A stretch of 64,000 nt of DNA, from positions 77,190,001 through 77,254,000 of the forward strand of contig OX597824.1 in NCBI GenBank assembly GCA_951406725.2, written 5' to 3'. This document shows, piece by piece, positions 14,245 through 27,550 of the stretch. A model generated the notes under the pieces. That model was not told the DNA's origin. It ran no database searches and saw only the letters and a list, made by a program, of their open reading frames with translations. The stretch is from Octopus vulgaris (Eukaryota). Position numbers and translations under genes: made by a program. The first letter of the stretch is position 1, and every line of letters starts with the position of its first letter.

Positions 14245-14385
14245 ATATATATGATAGGTTTCTTTCAGTTTCCATATTCCAAATCCACTCGCAAGGCTTT
14301 GGTCAGCCTGAAGCTATAGTAGAAGTGCCATGCAGTGCAACTGAAACTGGAACCATGTGGTTAGGAAGCAAGCTTCTTACCACAC
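14010..14385 (-). mobile_element. SINE family A, degenerate
   Basis: Head, internal microsatellite and part of tail recognisable. Confidence 0.75.
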
Positions 14386-14394
14386 TGCAATATA

Positions 14395-14717
14395 TCTGGG
14401 ACCCCCTTCCAGTCATGACTGACCATGGGATTGCACCTAGAAAGTTACACTCCCAGGCACAAGTCCGAGCAAGGTTGTTTATGGAAGACCAGCAGTCACC
14501 CATGAATACCAGCCTCCCCTCTCCACGCCACCACTGTTATCCAAGCGAAAGGCAAAGGCCAATACAGCTTGGAACTTGTGACATCGCAACTCATTTCTAC
14601 AGCTGAGTGAACTGGAGCAATGTGAAATAAAGTGTCTTGCAGACCGGTCTGGGATTCGAGCTTGCAACCTCACGATCATAAGCTTGATGCTCTAACCACT
14701 GAGCCATGTGCCTTCAC
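14395..14717 (-). mobile_element. tRNA-headed SINE related to family D with a different 3' part
   Basis: Minus strand GAAGGCACATGGCTCAGTGGTTAGAGC...GCTCCAGTTCACTCAGCTGTAGAAATGAG, shared with 17519-17770. Confidence 0.7.
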
Positions 14718-14726
14718 ACTGCAATT

Positions 14727-14763
<37 letters not shown>

Positions 14764-14876
14764 GCATGCTATGCATGCATGTATGTATGTATGTTATCTA
14801 TGTTTCTATCTATCTATTTATCTAGATAGATAGACAGATAGATAGATAGATAAATAGATAATAGATAGATAGATGA

Positions 14877-14954
<78 letters not shown>

Positions 14955-15639
14955 GCTTACACATACATACATATTTATGCGTGTGATGGATTATATGTGC
15001 GCAAAACATTAATGGTAAACATCAAAAATTTTAGACAATCTGAAAATATGAACTCAGAACTATTATTAACTCTTCAGATTATCATGTTGCATCTGTTCCA
15101 TTTGCATTATTTTTTTGTTGTTGAGAATCTTAATTTAATAGAAAAAAAAGATAATTAATGATTTCCTTTTTTTCTCTTTGATATCTCTATCATAAATTAT
15201 TGCTAACAAAGATAGTAACAAATGAGATTCTGTGGTTCATTTTTAGTTTTCATTCTATTTTATTTATTTGATATTATTTTTATTTTTTATTTATTCCTTT
15301 TTTTTTTTTTTTTTTGCCTTAAAGTTAACACACTAGCAAGGAATGGTGCAAAAATATATTGTATCTTTTCAATGAACAGAACATAAAAATGCCAGTGATG
15401 AAAAATTTCAGGATAACATAATTAATAATGATGAAAAATAAATAGAAGAGAAGAAATATAAATACACAGAAAGCTTTAAAACTATAAAAATCAAAAATGA
15501 AATTCTGAAATGTTATTACGAAACAAAACAAACAGAGAAATATAAAAGAAAAACAAACGGAAAACCAATGGTAAAATATGATAGAAAGTAATGAAATCAG
15601 TGTGAAAGCTAGCAACAGTTAGAAAGAAAAAAACCTCTG

Positions 15640-15712
15640 TTGCTCTGGTTTAAATGCTAAAAAAACAGAAGCTCTGTTTTGAGCTGCATACAATCAATCC
15701 CTAGCCACAGAC
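15640..15712 (+). pseudogene. Tiny R4/Dong-like LINE ORF remnant
   Basis: Translates GLNAKKTEALF*AAYNQSLAT, resembling the LKxETEx(4)AAQDQxLxT motif C-terminal to the RT domain. Confidence 0.4.
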
Positions 15713-15874
15713 AGAAAGAGAGATAGAGAGAGAAGCTAACTCCAACTGCAGCAAATTGATCTATGTTAAACTATTGGATAGCGTCCCCCACTTCACATCG
15801 TCTTGGCTTAACAGCCCTCACCATTTGTTTTTGCTGTTTTGTTCTCACTGTCCTGTTTTTTCTTTTGTTACCAC

Positions 15875-16146
15875 CAGTGCCGCCTCGACTGGCTTCCGTG
15901 TAGGTCGCACGTAAAATGCACCAATCCGACCGTGGCCGATGCCAGCCTCGCCTGGCTCCAGTGCAGAGGGCACGTAAAAAGCACCCACTACACTCATGGA
16001 GTGGTTGGCGTTAGGAAGGGCATCCAGCTGTAGAAACATTGCCAGATAAGACCGGAGCCTGGTGCAGCCTTCTGGCTTCCCAGATCCCCGGTTGAACCGT
16101 CCAACCCATGCTAGCATGGAGAACGGACGTTAAACGATGATGATGA
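15875..16146 (+). mobile_element. Family E retroposon with (GAT)n tail
   Basis: GGCGTTAGGAAGGGCATCCAGCTGTAGAAAC...AACCCATGCTAGCATGGA...GGACGTTAAACGATGATG; many copies in window. Confidence 0.85.
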
Positions 16147-16540
16147 CTTTCACCCTTCACATAAAATCCCAAACTTTATTTAATTTGCTTTGCAGGGAAG
16201 GACTGTTTTAACGAAGTTGCGTCTTGTCCCTACCTTTGAAACGTGGTGCAGATAAAACAGGGGACAACTGATGAAAGAGAATATTCTTTATGTTGTATGT
16301 CTCGTTTCTCTGTTTGTTTGTTTCTTTTGTTTGTGGATTTGGTTTGCAAGATTCTTTATATGAGTTTGTAAGACGCAACGAAAATTTTAGGAAAAAAAAA
16401 GAAGAAATAAGTGGAAATTTTACCGGTGAGTGTGTTAAATTATAAGGCACAAAAAGAAAATGACTATTCCCAGACACGACAGTCTATATATATATATATG
16501 AAAGAAGGTTTGAAAATGCAATTTTAAAAGATGTTTATTC

Positions 16541-16581
16541 ACTTGACCGGTTTCACTTTTTTAGAAAAGATTGTCAAAAGT
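16541..16581 (-). ncRNA. Minimal hammerhead motif, U3-A8 variant (inverted arm copy)
   Basis: Reverse complement of the motif at 16788-16829. Confidence 0.7.
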
Positions 16582-16787
16582 AACATGCAAAAGCTTTGCT
16601 GTGTTAGGTACTGGTTGTCACAAAATATTACAATACATATATACATTCTTTGATAATAATAAGAACATGTTAAAAACAGTTTACAAGGAAAAATCTTAAC
16701 ATTTTCTTATTATTATCAAAGAATGAATATATGTATTGTTATATTTTGTGACAACGAGTACCTAACACAACAAAGCTTTTGCATGTT

Positions 16788-16829
16788 ACTTTTGACAATC
16801 TTTTTCTAAAAAAGTGAAACCGGTCAAGT
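16788..16829 (+). ncRNA. Minimal type-I hammerhead ribozyme motif, U3-A8 variant, GUC site
   Basis: ACTT-TTGACAA-T-CTTTTT-CTA-AAAAAG-T-GAAA-CCGG-TC-AAGT, then AATAAA at 16831-16836. Confidence 0.75.
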
Positions 16830-16904
16830 GAATAAACATCTTTCAAAATTGCATTTTCAAACCTTCTTTCATATACAATTCCACTTGTGCAGTACCTTAC
16901 TTTG

Positions 16905-16942
<38 letters not shown>

Positions 16943-16955
16943 GTATGTATATATG

Positions 16956-17051
<96 letters not shown>

Positions 17052-17074
17052 AAATCTTTCATCGCTTACTTGCT

Positions 17075-17460
17075 TCATTCATTAGACTGCAGCCATGCTG
17101 GGTTATTGTCTTGATAGGTTCAGCTAAACAAATCAACTCAGTGTTTATTTCTATTTCTCTAAGCCTGGTATATATTCTATTGGCCACTTTTTACCAAACC
17201 ACTGAGAATCAGAGATGTAAAGAAACCAACACTGGTCTTCAAGCAGTGGTGGGGACAATCACAAACACAAAGATGCACTCAGAGACGCACATACACATTA
17301 CATACAATGAGCTTCTTTTGGCTTCTGCTTATCTAATCCACACACAAAGCTTTGGTCAGTCCAAGGCTATAGCAGAAGTCATTTGCTCAAGGTTTCTCAC
17401 AATGGGACTGAACATGGAACCATGTGGTTAGGAAGCTGACTTCTTACCACACACCTGCAC
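17075..17460 (-). mobile_element. SINE family A, degenerate
   Basis: Colinear similarity to 607-1053. Confidence 0.75.
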
Positions 17461-17518
17461 CTATACACACACACACACAAAGCCAAACCAGTTTGATACC
17501 AGTATTACCAGGGATGGT

Positions 17519-17770
17519 GGAGGCGTGTGGCTTAGTGGTTAGGGTGTGAGCATCATGATCGTAAGATTGTGGTTTTGATTCCTGAACCTGGCTACGCATT
17601 GTGTTCTTGAGCAAAACACTTCATTTCACATTGCTCCCGTCCACTCGGCTGGCAAAAATGAGTAACGCTGCGATGGACTGGTGTCCCATCCAGCTGGGGA
17701 ACACATATGCCATTGAAACCAGGAAACTGGACCCATGAGCTTGGCTAGGCTTTAAAAGGGCGCATTTATT
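17519..17770 (+). mobile_element. SINE family D (tRNA head, Nin/Deu-like central motif)
   Basis: GGAGGCGTGTGGCTTAGTGGTTAGG head; GCGATGGACTGGTGTCCCATCCAG resembles the Nin/Deu domain (from memory); second copy at 59847-60098. Confidence 0.8.
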
Positions 17771-17789
17771 TATTTACTGATATTAAATC

Positions 17790-18304
17790 AAAATCAAAAT
17801 CAAAATCAAACCAAATCAAATCAGATATCAGAAAGCAGAACCAAAATCGAAGTCGATCAACATCAATGGAAATTGCAGCTGTGATACCAGTGCCGGTGAC
17901 AAGTAAGCGAACCATCCGATCACGGCCGTGGCCAGTGCCACCCTGACTGGCATCCGTGCCGGTGACATGTAAAAAGCACCATCCGTTCGTGGCCGTTGCC
18001 AGCCACGCCTGGCCCCCGTGCTGGTGGCACGTAAAAAGCACCATCCATCCGTGGCCGGCGGCACGTAAAAAGCACCATCCGTCCGTGGCCGTTTGCCAGC
18101 TCCGTCTGGCACTTGTGTGGGTGGCATATAAAAAGCACCCACTACACTCACAGAGTGGTTGGCGTTAGGAAGGGCATCCAGCCGTAGAAACACTGCCAGA
18201 TCAGACTGGGCCTGATGCAGCCTTCTGGCTTCACAGATCCCAGTTGAACCGTCCAACCCATGCTAGTATGGAAAGCGGACGCTAAATGATGATGATGATG
18301 ATGA
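17790..18304 (+). mobile_element. Family E retroposon with internal minisatellite (GGCACGTAAAAAGCACCATCC unit) and (GAT)n tail
   Basis: Four internal repeat units visible at 17960-18140; same 3' end as 15875-16146. Confidence 0.85.
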
Positions 18305-18574
18305 TTACCAGGGATGTTGCTGTCAGAATGTAAAGGACCAAAACAGATACAACAAGATATCTTGACTGATACTCTAACAGCTAGGCGAATCCACTATTGA
18401 TCTCAGTGTTGGAGATTGATCTCAGAGCTCTGTAAACTGAGGTGTTCAGGCCACAAATTATTCTTTCCAAAGCTCTAGTATAATATACATACATATATAC
18501 ATACATACATACATACATACATACATACATACATGCATGCATACATACATACATACATACATAGATACATACAT

Positions 18575-18956
18575 GGAGGCGCAATGGCCCAGTTGTTAGG
18601 GCAGCGAACTCGCGGTCGTAGGATCGCGATTTCGATTCCCAGACCGGGCGTTGTGAGTGTTTATTGAGCGAAAACACCTAAAAAGCTCCACGAGGCTCCG
18701 GCAGGGATGGTGGTGGTCCCTGCTGTACTCTTTCACCACAACTTTCTCTCACTCTTACTTCCTGTTTCTGTTGTACCTGTATTTCAAAGGGCCGGCCTTG
18801 TCACTCTCTGTGCCATGCTGAATATCCCCGAGAACTACGTTAAGGGTACACGTGTCTGTGGAGTGCTCAGCCACTTACACGTTAATTTCACGAGAAGGCT
18901 GTTCAGTTGATCGGATCAACCGGAACCCTCGTCGTCGTAAACCGACAGAGTGCGTC
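18575..18956 (+). mobile_element. SINE family C (tRNA-Arg-like head), near full length
   Basis: GGAGGCGCAATGGCCCAGTTGTTAGGGCAGCGAACTCGCGGTCG...TTCGATTCCC head; fragmented second copy at 46320-47270 minus. Confidence 0.85.
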
Positions 18957-19157
18957 CATCCAGATACATACATATATGTGTGTGTGTATGTGCGTGTGTG
19001 TGTGTATGCACATGCACATGCAAACACACACATAGACACACACACCACACATACATGGTGCCAAAAATATAACACAAACACAGAATGCATTATTAAGTTG
19101 ACACTCAGGAAATATATATGTATGTATTTGGAGTCTGTTTGATTATACATACATACA

Positions 19158-19191
<34 letters not shown>

Positions 19192-19628
19192 CATACATAC
19201 ATATATATATTGGCATTGGTAGGCACTTTTTACCCTGTGGACATAAAAACATTCATCTTCTTATGGGGTTTTTTCTTTTTTCTTTTTTTTTTCTTGTCTT
19301 CTTGCCCAATTTCTAATCTAACTTCATAAATCCAATTGCCAAAAATCTTTAGCCATTTCAGAGATTCTCTCAATCAACCCAGTCTGATGATATGGCAGGC
19401 ATCAAGATAAAATAATGTCACTAGAGTAATTTATGAAGCATTATATTCACGTTTTCTTGAATGTATTATGCCTAATCATTTTGTCAATAGCATTTTTCCC
19501 CCCCATGAGATATTTATCTCGGAGCCCTGAAATATTTATATTTGTATTTTCTATATTTGGAACCATTTGTGAATTATATTTGATTAAGATGAATTAAGAA
19601 GTACTGTGTTAAATTCATGTCTTATTGC

Positions 19629-19662
<34 letters not shown>

Positions 19663-19683
19663 ATATATATTATATATATATAT

Positions 19684-20400
19684 ATAAAATACAAAATGGG
19701 ACAAGAACACAAAACATCCGGACAGTTAGGTGATACAAAAATGGGACTCTCTTATATGTAAGTATACATTTTTCTAAATCTTGTACGACTCTATTTCTGT
19801 CTACCAGCCCTTTCATGCTTATTCGTTCATTCCACTCTTCGTTCTTTCGTTCCCCCTCTCTCACATTTCTTTGCCTTCTCTTCTTCCTCACTTTCCCACC
19901 ACTTTTCACTTCACTGTGTCCCTGCCATTTTTTCTTGCCCCTCCTGAATTCTTCTGTTCCTCTGCTTCTACTTCTCTCTCTTCTCTTCCCACATGACCGG
20001 CGTTCGGTCAAGCCTGTTCTTTCTTTCTTGGTTTGGCCGTTGTCCGTGCAACATCAATATTCCTCCCTGTGTTTGTGAAATCCTGTATCCCTGCTGTAGG
20101 GCTTCATTTCCAGACACGCCAGCTTAATTCAATTCGTCTTTAGTCGAAAGACACCTGTTGTTATGTCCTGTTATTATTTTTATTGTATTTGTGTAACATT
20201 GTCTGTTTTTTTCTGTCCTTGTTTTTGTATACATTCATTGCTTTCTTCCAGGGAATTTAATGCTCTTAGCTTAGTTTTTCCTTGGGGCTTGCCAGATTGG
20301 AGCAATCTCAAGTATAATCAGCTGAAATTATGAAGATAATCTGATACTTGACTGAGGAAAGAAAACTTCGAATGACCCATCCTTGTTTTCTTTGTCACAA
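19684..20400 (+). mobile_element. Probable PLE-derived element next to (TA)n
   Basis: Starts at (TA)n; pyrimidine-rich body; shares GACTGA(G/A)GA...CTTCGAATGACC with 53045-53220. Confidence 0.45.
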
Positions 20401-21252
20401 ACAGGAGATGGAGGAAAGTCCAAGAGAAAAGGAAGAGAAAAAAATCGTCAACGATCCACATGTGGCTACATTTTGAGTTGGCAGAATCGTTAGCACACTG
20501 GGCAAAATTCTTCGTGGTATTTTGTCTGCCGTTACATTCCAAGTTCAAATTCCACCAAGGTTGACTTTGCCTTTCACCCTTTCGAGGTCGATTAAATAAG
20601 CACCAGTTATGCACTGGAGTCGATGTAATCAACTTAATCCCTATATATATATGTTTAAGTAGTTGAATGAATTATCCTAGTATGGATAATTCGATTAACC
20701 GATACCCGGGTAGCAAATTTACGTCAGAAAGTACGGTTGAAGCTACATGTCAAGGGCAGAAATCACGTGCTTTTGTGTGGAAATTTGTGTGTTTTTTTAC
20801 TATAGATAAATGAAAGAATGGAGTCAAACGACGATTTAACCAAATTCCTTTATGTATATATATATCGTCATCATCATCATCATCATTTTATACCCATTTT
20901 CCATGTTGGTATGGGTTGGTCATACATACATACATGCATATGTACATACATATGTACATATATACATACACACATATATGTGTGTGTGTATGTCCACTCT
21001 ACTGGGTGGCTGGTGTTAGGAAGGGCATCCAGCTGTAAAAACCATACCAAAACTGACACAGAAGTCTGGTGCAGTCTTCTACCTGGCCAGCTCCTGTCAA
21101 ACTATGCAGCTTTTGCTGGCATGGAAGTCAGACATTACACGATGATGATAATAACGATGGTGAGGATAATATGTATGTATGTATCCATGTATGCATGACC
21201 AACCAGTGACAGCATTATAAATGGACATTATAAGTTGATGATAAGCAAGTAT

Positions 21253-21693
21253 AGGCACAGGAGTAGCTGTATGTAGCTTGCTTACGAACCACATGGTTCT
21301 GGGTTCAGTCCCACTGTGTGGCACCTTGGGCAAGTGTCTTCTACTATAGGCTCGAGCCAACCAAAGCCTTGTAAGATGATTTAGTAGACGGAAACTGAAA
21401 GAAGCCCGTCATATATATGTATATATGTGTGTGTGTGTGTGTTTGTATGTCTGTGTTTGTCCCTCCAAACATATAAGAGAGTCTCATTTTTGTATCACCT
21501 AACTGTCCGGATGTTTTGTGTTCTTGTCCCATTTTGTATGGGGACGCGGTTGTTAGTAATTCGGCAAAAGAGACCAATAGAATAAGTACTAGGCTTACAA
21601 AGAATAAGTCCTGGGCTCGATTTGCTCAACTAAAGACGGTGCTCCAGCATGGCCGCTGTCAAATGACTGAAACAAGTAAAAGAGTAAAAGAGT
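21253..21693 (+). mobile_element. SINE family A with a locally templated internal replacement
   Basis: Head and tail intact; 21469-21539 is foreign to the family consensus seen in other copies. Confidence 0.88.
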
Positions 21694-23019
21694 AAGTGTT
21701 TTTAACTATAAAAGCCTAAGTAAAAAAAACACTTGCTCTAAACATAGTACAGTGGGACTGAACCTGAAACCATGTGATTACAAAGCAAGCTTCTTTACCA
21801 CACAGCTAATAACATTAAATACAACAGCTCCATTACCATAACCCTAACTTTGATGGTTACATTGAACAAAAAGGAAAGACATGTACCTCCATATTTGTGT
21901 GTGTATATGTGTGTTATTGTTTCACTGTTGTATCTTTTCTTCTGTCTAATTAGAGTGATATATCATGCAATTTTATGCTTTATGTTTTCTGCAAAGTTTT
22001 TTCAACATGATATATCATGCCATTTTAATTGCTACATGTACATTACATTTACGTTTTTTCATCCGTGTGTGTGTGTTTATTTATGTATTTTTTTTTCTTT
22101 CCAACTTTATAGATGTTCTTTCTTTATATGATACTAAGCAAGTTAAAAATCTGAGCAGCAAAATAAATAAATATAAGAATAAAGAAAATAAATATAAATA
22201 AAAATAAACAAACACATGCAAACCAACTACTTGAAACCTCAATAAATATACAGAATATTACTGTAGTTATTCTTTATGCTGCTCATGGCAATCTCCACCG
22301 CTACTACCAACACAACCACCACTGCCGCCTCTGTTCCATCATGCTAATCAGAGTAATAGCATTAAAACACAATACTTAATTATAATGTAGGTTTATTTTT
22401 TTCCCTCGTTTCTTATTTCTTTTTTATTCTTCTGGCAAATTAGCATGATATTTTGTGAAAACTTAAGAAATGCATTTATATTGCTCCATCTACTTTTTTT
22501 TGTGTGTGTGTCTGCATGTGTATGTGTGTGTATATATATATATTATTACATACATAATCACATACATGTGTATATGTGGTGCAAAAGCATAGCTGCGTGC
22601 TTAACAAGCTTGCTTTCAAACCACGAGGTTTCTGGTTCATTCCCACCGTGTACCATCTTGGGCACGTGTATTCTTTTATAAGCGCAGGTATGGCTTTACA
22701 GCCACTTGGTTTTGGATTCCATCCATGTCTGACATCTTTGGTAAGTGTCCTCTACTACAGCCCCAGGTTGATCAATACCTTGTGAGTGAATTTGAAAGAT
22801 GGAAACTATGAGGAAGCCTATGCATGACTGTGTGGCAAGAAGTTTGCTCCTCAACCACATGAGATGTGGTTATAAGACACTTGCCCAAGGTGCCACACAG
22901 TGAAGTTGAGCTATGTTCAATCTCAATGTGTGGCACCTTAGGCAAGTCTTTTATAGCCACAAGCTGACTGGACCTGGTAAACAAACACAATAAGTATATT
23001 GTCATACATGCATATATGA

Positions 23020-23084
<65 letters not shown>

Positions 23085-23280
23085 TATATATGTATATATA
23101 TATATATATAACATATACAATGGGATTCATTCAATATATGTCTACCAAACAAGGTGTTGGTCAGCCTGAGATTATAGAAAAGACACTTGGCAAATGTGCC
23201 ACCCAGTGGGATTGAACTCAGAACTATGTGGTTAAGAAACAAACATCTTGCCACACTTGCACTTACTTAAAATTGGTATA

Positions 23281-23800
23281 TCATCATCATCATCATCATC
23301 ATCATCATCGTTTAACGTCTGTTTTCCATACTAGCATGGGTTGGATGGTTTGACCGGGGTCTGGGAAGCCAGGAGGCTGCACCAGGCTCCAGTCTGATCT
23401 GGCAGTGTTCCTACAGCTTGATACCTTTCCTAACACCACAATATTAGTAAATAATAATAAAAGTATTTATATAAACTTACGTGTCGGTGGCACGTAAAAG
23501 CACCATCCGTTCGTGTCCGTTGCCAGCATCGCCTGGCCCCGTGCCGGTGACACGTAAAAGCACCATCCGTTCGTGGCTGTTCGCCAGCTCTGTCTGGCAT
23601 CTGTGCAGGTGGCACGTAAAAAACACCCACTACACTCGCGGAGTGGTTGGCGTTAGGAAGGGCATCCAGCCGTAGAAACACTGCCAGATCTGACTGGGCC
23701 TGACGAAGCCTTCCAGCTTCACAGACCCCAGTTGACCCGTCCAACCCATGCTAGCATGGAAAACGGACGCTAAACGATGATGATGATGATGATGATGATG
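23281..23800. mobile_element. Two family E copies in divergent orientation (23281-23438 minus, 23480-23800 plus)
   Basis: (CAT)n at left, (GAT)n at right; bodies are reverse complements. Confidence 0.85.
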
Positions 23801-23801
23801 A

Positions 23802-23962
23802 TAAAGCTTATAGCAATCACTGTGCAATGACTAAGGAAAATAGTCAAATAATGGGGCATATTAGCCCTCAACAGAGAAGCCTTCTTTTTTCTGTCTAGGG
23901 CTTATATGCCCCTTTAGTAGACTATTTTCCTTAGTCATTGCCTGGTGATCGGTATAAGATTT
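23802..23962. repeat. Imperfect foldback, about 65-bp arms
   Basis: GCAATGACTAAGGAAAATAGTC...AGCCCT pairs with AGGGCT...GACTATTTTCCTTAGTCATTGC. Confidence 0.88.
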
Positions 23963-24116
23963 AAGCTTATATAAATACCATTATTATTATTTATAGGATT
24001 GTAAAACTCAGCAGCGTATAACAAAACCATTCACACCAAATGCATATATTTTAGTGTATATATATATATATATACAAAGTCAAAAATTATGAAGCATGAC
24101 TGTCAACACTACTACA

Positions 24117-24161
24117 TGAACCCGAAGATTGCAGAATTCAATGCATGAAAGTACTAGTTCA
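24117..24161 (+). ncRNA. Minimal type-I hammerhead motif (U4C variant)
   Basis: TGAAC-CCGAAGA-T-TGCA-GAATTCAA-TGCA-T-GAAA-GTAC-TA-GTTCA. Confidence 0.72.
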
Positions 24162-24323
24162 ATCAGAATGAATATTTAACATTCTACTATTTCATTTTAT
24201 TTTATTCAATTATAATATATTATCTTATAATATATCATTATAAGATTGTAAATAAAACGTGAAAATCAGACAAGGTTGGAATTCTTTTTATTAATATATT
24301 CTTCTATACACAATCACACACAC

Positions 24324-24641
<318 letters not shown>

Positions 24642-25117
24642 AATTTCCTCTATTTACATAATATTGAGGTCTCTTTCTTTCTTTTGTTATCTTACCGTTT
24701 TATCAATATATATATATATATAATCAAAATAAGCAACAAGGATATCTAGAGGTAATGCAGTATGATCGTTTCAAGCAATAAAACAGGGGACATCTGATGA
24801 AGGGAATGTTCTTTATGTTGCCTGTCTCGTTTCTCTATTTGTTTCTTGCGTTGTTCAAAAAAAGTTTTCCATGCTTTTGGTTTTTTATATTCTCGTTTCT
24901 CATTTTGTTCACGTTTTTTGGGTGTCCTGTACCCACATATGCATGTATATTTACATACATATGTAGGCATGTACATGTATGTGTGTATATAGGCATATAT
25001 ATATATATATATATCATTTATATTATTATATTATTATATTGAATGCCACGCATCCATTTCCATATATGTATATATATATATATAGTTGTCAATTCTGGAA
25101 CATGACTGTTGGTATAT

Positions 25118-25155
25118 AAACCTGACGATTGCATAATGCATGAAAGTACTAGTTT
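25118..25155 (+). ncRNA. Minimal type-I hammerhead motif, canonical core
   Basis: AAAC-CTGACGA-T-TGCA-TAA-TGCA-T-GAAA-GTAC-TA-GTTT. Confidence 0.8.
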
Positions 25156-25464
25156 CACCAACCCCCACCTTCCACTTCCAAATATTTTCTTTTGATACTG
25201 GGAACTTCATTCATCTCACTTATCTATGCTGTTTTCTGTCTTGCAAATTACATAGCAAACTCACAACTGCTGGTGATAAGAATAAAGCACCCAGTGCACT
25301 CTGTAAAGTGGCTAACAAATATGAAGGGCATCCAACCTCAGAAACCATGGGAAAGGGGAAGATTTGAGCTCAACATGGCCTTGCAGCTTGCCTGGTTCCT
25401 GTCAAACTGTCTGACAAACCATGCCAGCATGGAAATTAGATGTTAAATGATTGTGATAACAATA

Positions 25465-25506
<42 letters not shown>

Positions 25507-25812
25507 ATAGTGATGGCTTCTATTAGATATATTGCTATATACGTATTTATAACATCATCATCATCATCATCATCATATAAATATGTATGACATAAATATA
25601 CATGCATACATATGATACGAATACACATATTTGTAATATAAATACATTTTATATATATTAATTGTATCTAGAATTTAACTTTTATAAATTCTTTTGCATT
25701 GATGTTCTTATTGTTAATGTTCTCATCTCTCTCTCCCTCCCTATTTCCCTCTCCCCTTCTTTTTCTTGCCCAGGTACAATTTAATGTTTCTTCACTGTTT
25801 TATTATTATTAC

Positions 25813-25864
<52 letters not shown>

Positions 25865-25903
25865 GTTATTGTTTTTTTTATTATTATTATCATTGTTGTT
25901 GTT

Positions 25904-25965
<62 letters not shown>

Positions 25966-26343
25966 CGTTATTATTATTTCCTTCTCTTATGCTGTCATGA
26001 AAGAAAGCATCATTAAAAGTATTGGATTTCTGATCTCTGCATTTATTCATTTACACATGCATATATATGAGAAATAAACTTAATCACAGGTATTCACACA
26101 CGTGCGTACACACACATACACACACACACACACACGCTTATATGCACAAATACTGATGTGAATACATACATTCTCAGGAATGTATATGCGCGTTTTATGT
26201 GTGGATGTGACAATGTGTGTATGTCTGCATTGCGTTTTGCATATATTTTATATGTGTGTGCGTATTTGCGAGCAGATAGTTAAGTGCATGCAATATGTGT
26301 GTGTATGTGTGTGTGATATTTATATATGGACACAAATGCATAG

Positions 26344-26380
<37 letters not shown>

Positions 26381-26593
26381 TGGTGTGTATGATGTTTATA
26401 TATATATATATGCACACACACACACACATATACACACACACATATAGACACACACACATAAACACACACATTTACACGGTGGGGGGCTACTGATTTACTA
26501 TGTCACTGCTTGCAATTTCTCAACAAATGTCAACGAGCTTAAATGATGTGAAGCGCCTTTCTCCATTAAAATACCACACACATACACAAGCAT

Positions 26594-26659
<66 letters not shown>

Positions 26660-26974
26660 AGAGAGAAAGAAGCTGAAATACAGAAAGACGGGAGATGTAG
26701 ACAGACATGCAAGTAGATAGATATCCACATAGACACACAGACATATAAATCTGTTGATATTCGGAAATACCTTGGGGACACCCTCTGCACACACAACATA
26801 CAGTTAAACGTGGCCTAACATACTTAACATAGTTAAACACATGCTTGCAAGTACGCCTGTAATGAGAAGCAAAAGTCATTAGCGTTAATGACAATGATTG
26901 ATAAATAGAGAGATTATGTGACTGAATCGATGAGCGATGCGTACATGTGATTATGTTTCTCCCTGTCTATGTGC

Positions 26975-27033
26975 ACGCGTGTGTGTGTGTGTGTATACAA
27001 GTCTCTTTACATATGTGTATGTGTATGTGTGTG

Positions 27034-27083
<50 letters not shown>

Positions 27084-27550
27084 CATAGATATATACATAT
27101 ACACACACATACGTATACTTGCATATACTGGTAAACAGGTGTATGCATATGTGTGTGCATATGTATATAAATATACACACACACACACACATATATATAT
27201 ATACATAAATATATACATATACACACACACATACATATACTTGCATATACTGGTATACAGGTGTATGCATGTGTGTGTGCATGTGTATATATATATATAT
27301 ATATATTTATAAATATATATGTATATATATATATGTATACATATATACATATATATATATACTTATATATATGCACACACATATATATATATGTATGTAT
27401 ATATGCATATATTTATATATTATATATATATACACATGCATATATATATACTAGCATACACTAGTAAACATGTGTATGCATATGTGTGTGTATGTGTGTG
27501 CGTGCGCATGCACACATGTGTGTATGTGTCTATGTGAGCATGTATGTGTA
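26975..27550. repeat. Alternating purine-pyrimidine low-complexity tract with about 118-bp higher-order duplication
   Basis: CTTGCATATACTGGTA.ACAGGTGTATGCAT occurs near 27118 and 27240, with a degenerate third near 27450. Confidence 0.85.

Larger units (their letters stand above)
16495..16875. repeat. PLE-type foldback, about 179-bp arms, 22-nt loop, between (TA)n tracts
   Basis: 16495-16673 is the reverse complement of 16696-16875 with a few substitutions. Confidence 0.95.

Noticed and set aside
16224-16300. CTGATGA motif here and at 24795 as hammerheads
   Set aside because: A stem follows but there is no GAAA box downstream; the upstream GAAA at 16238 is not shared by the second copy.
17960-18140. 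Repeat-spacer pattern as a CRISPR array
   Set aside because: Internal minisatellite of a eukaryotic retroposon; spacers are related to each other and there are no cas genes.
18575-18650. tRNA-Arg gene (and other tRNA-like heads)
   Set aside because: Continuous with multi-copy SINE bodies; no complete cloverleaf.
20345-20385. CTGAGGA...CTTCGAATGACC here and near 53078 as hammerheads
   Set aside because: GAAT instead of GAAA and no closing stem I; would need a family consensus to decide.
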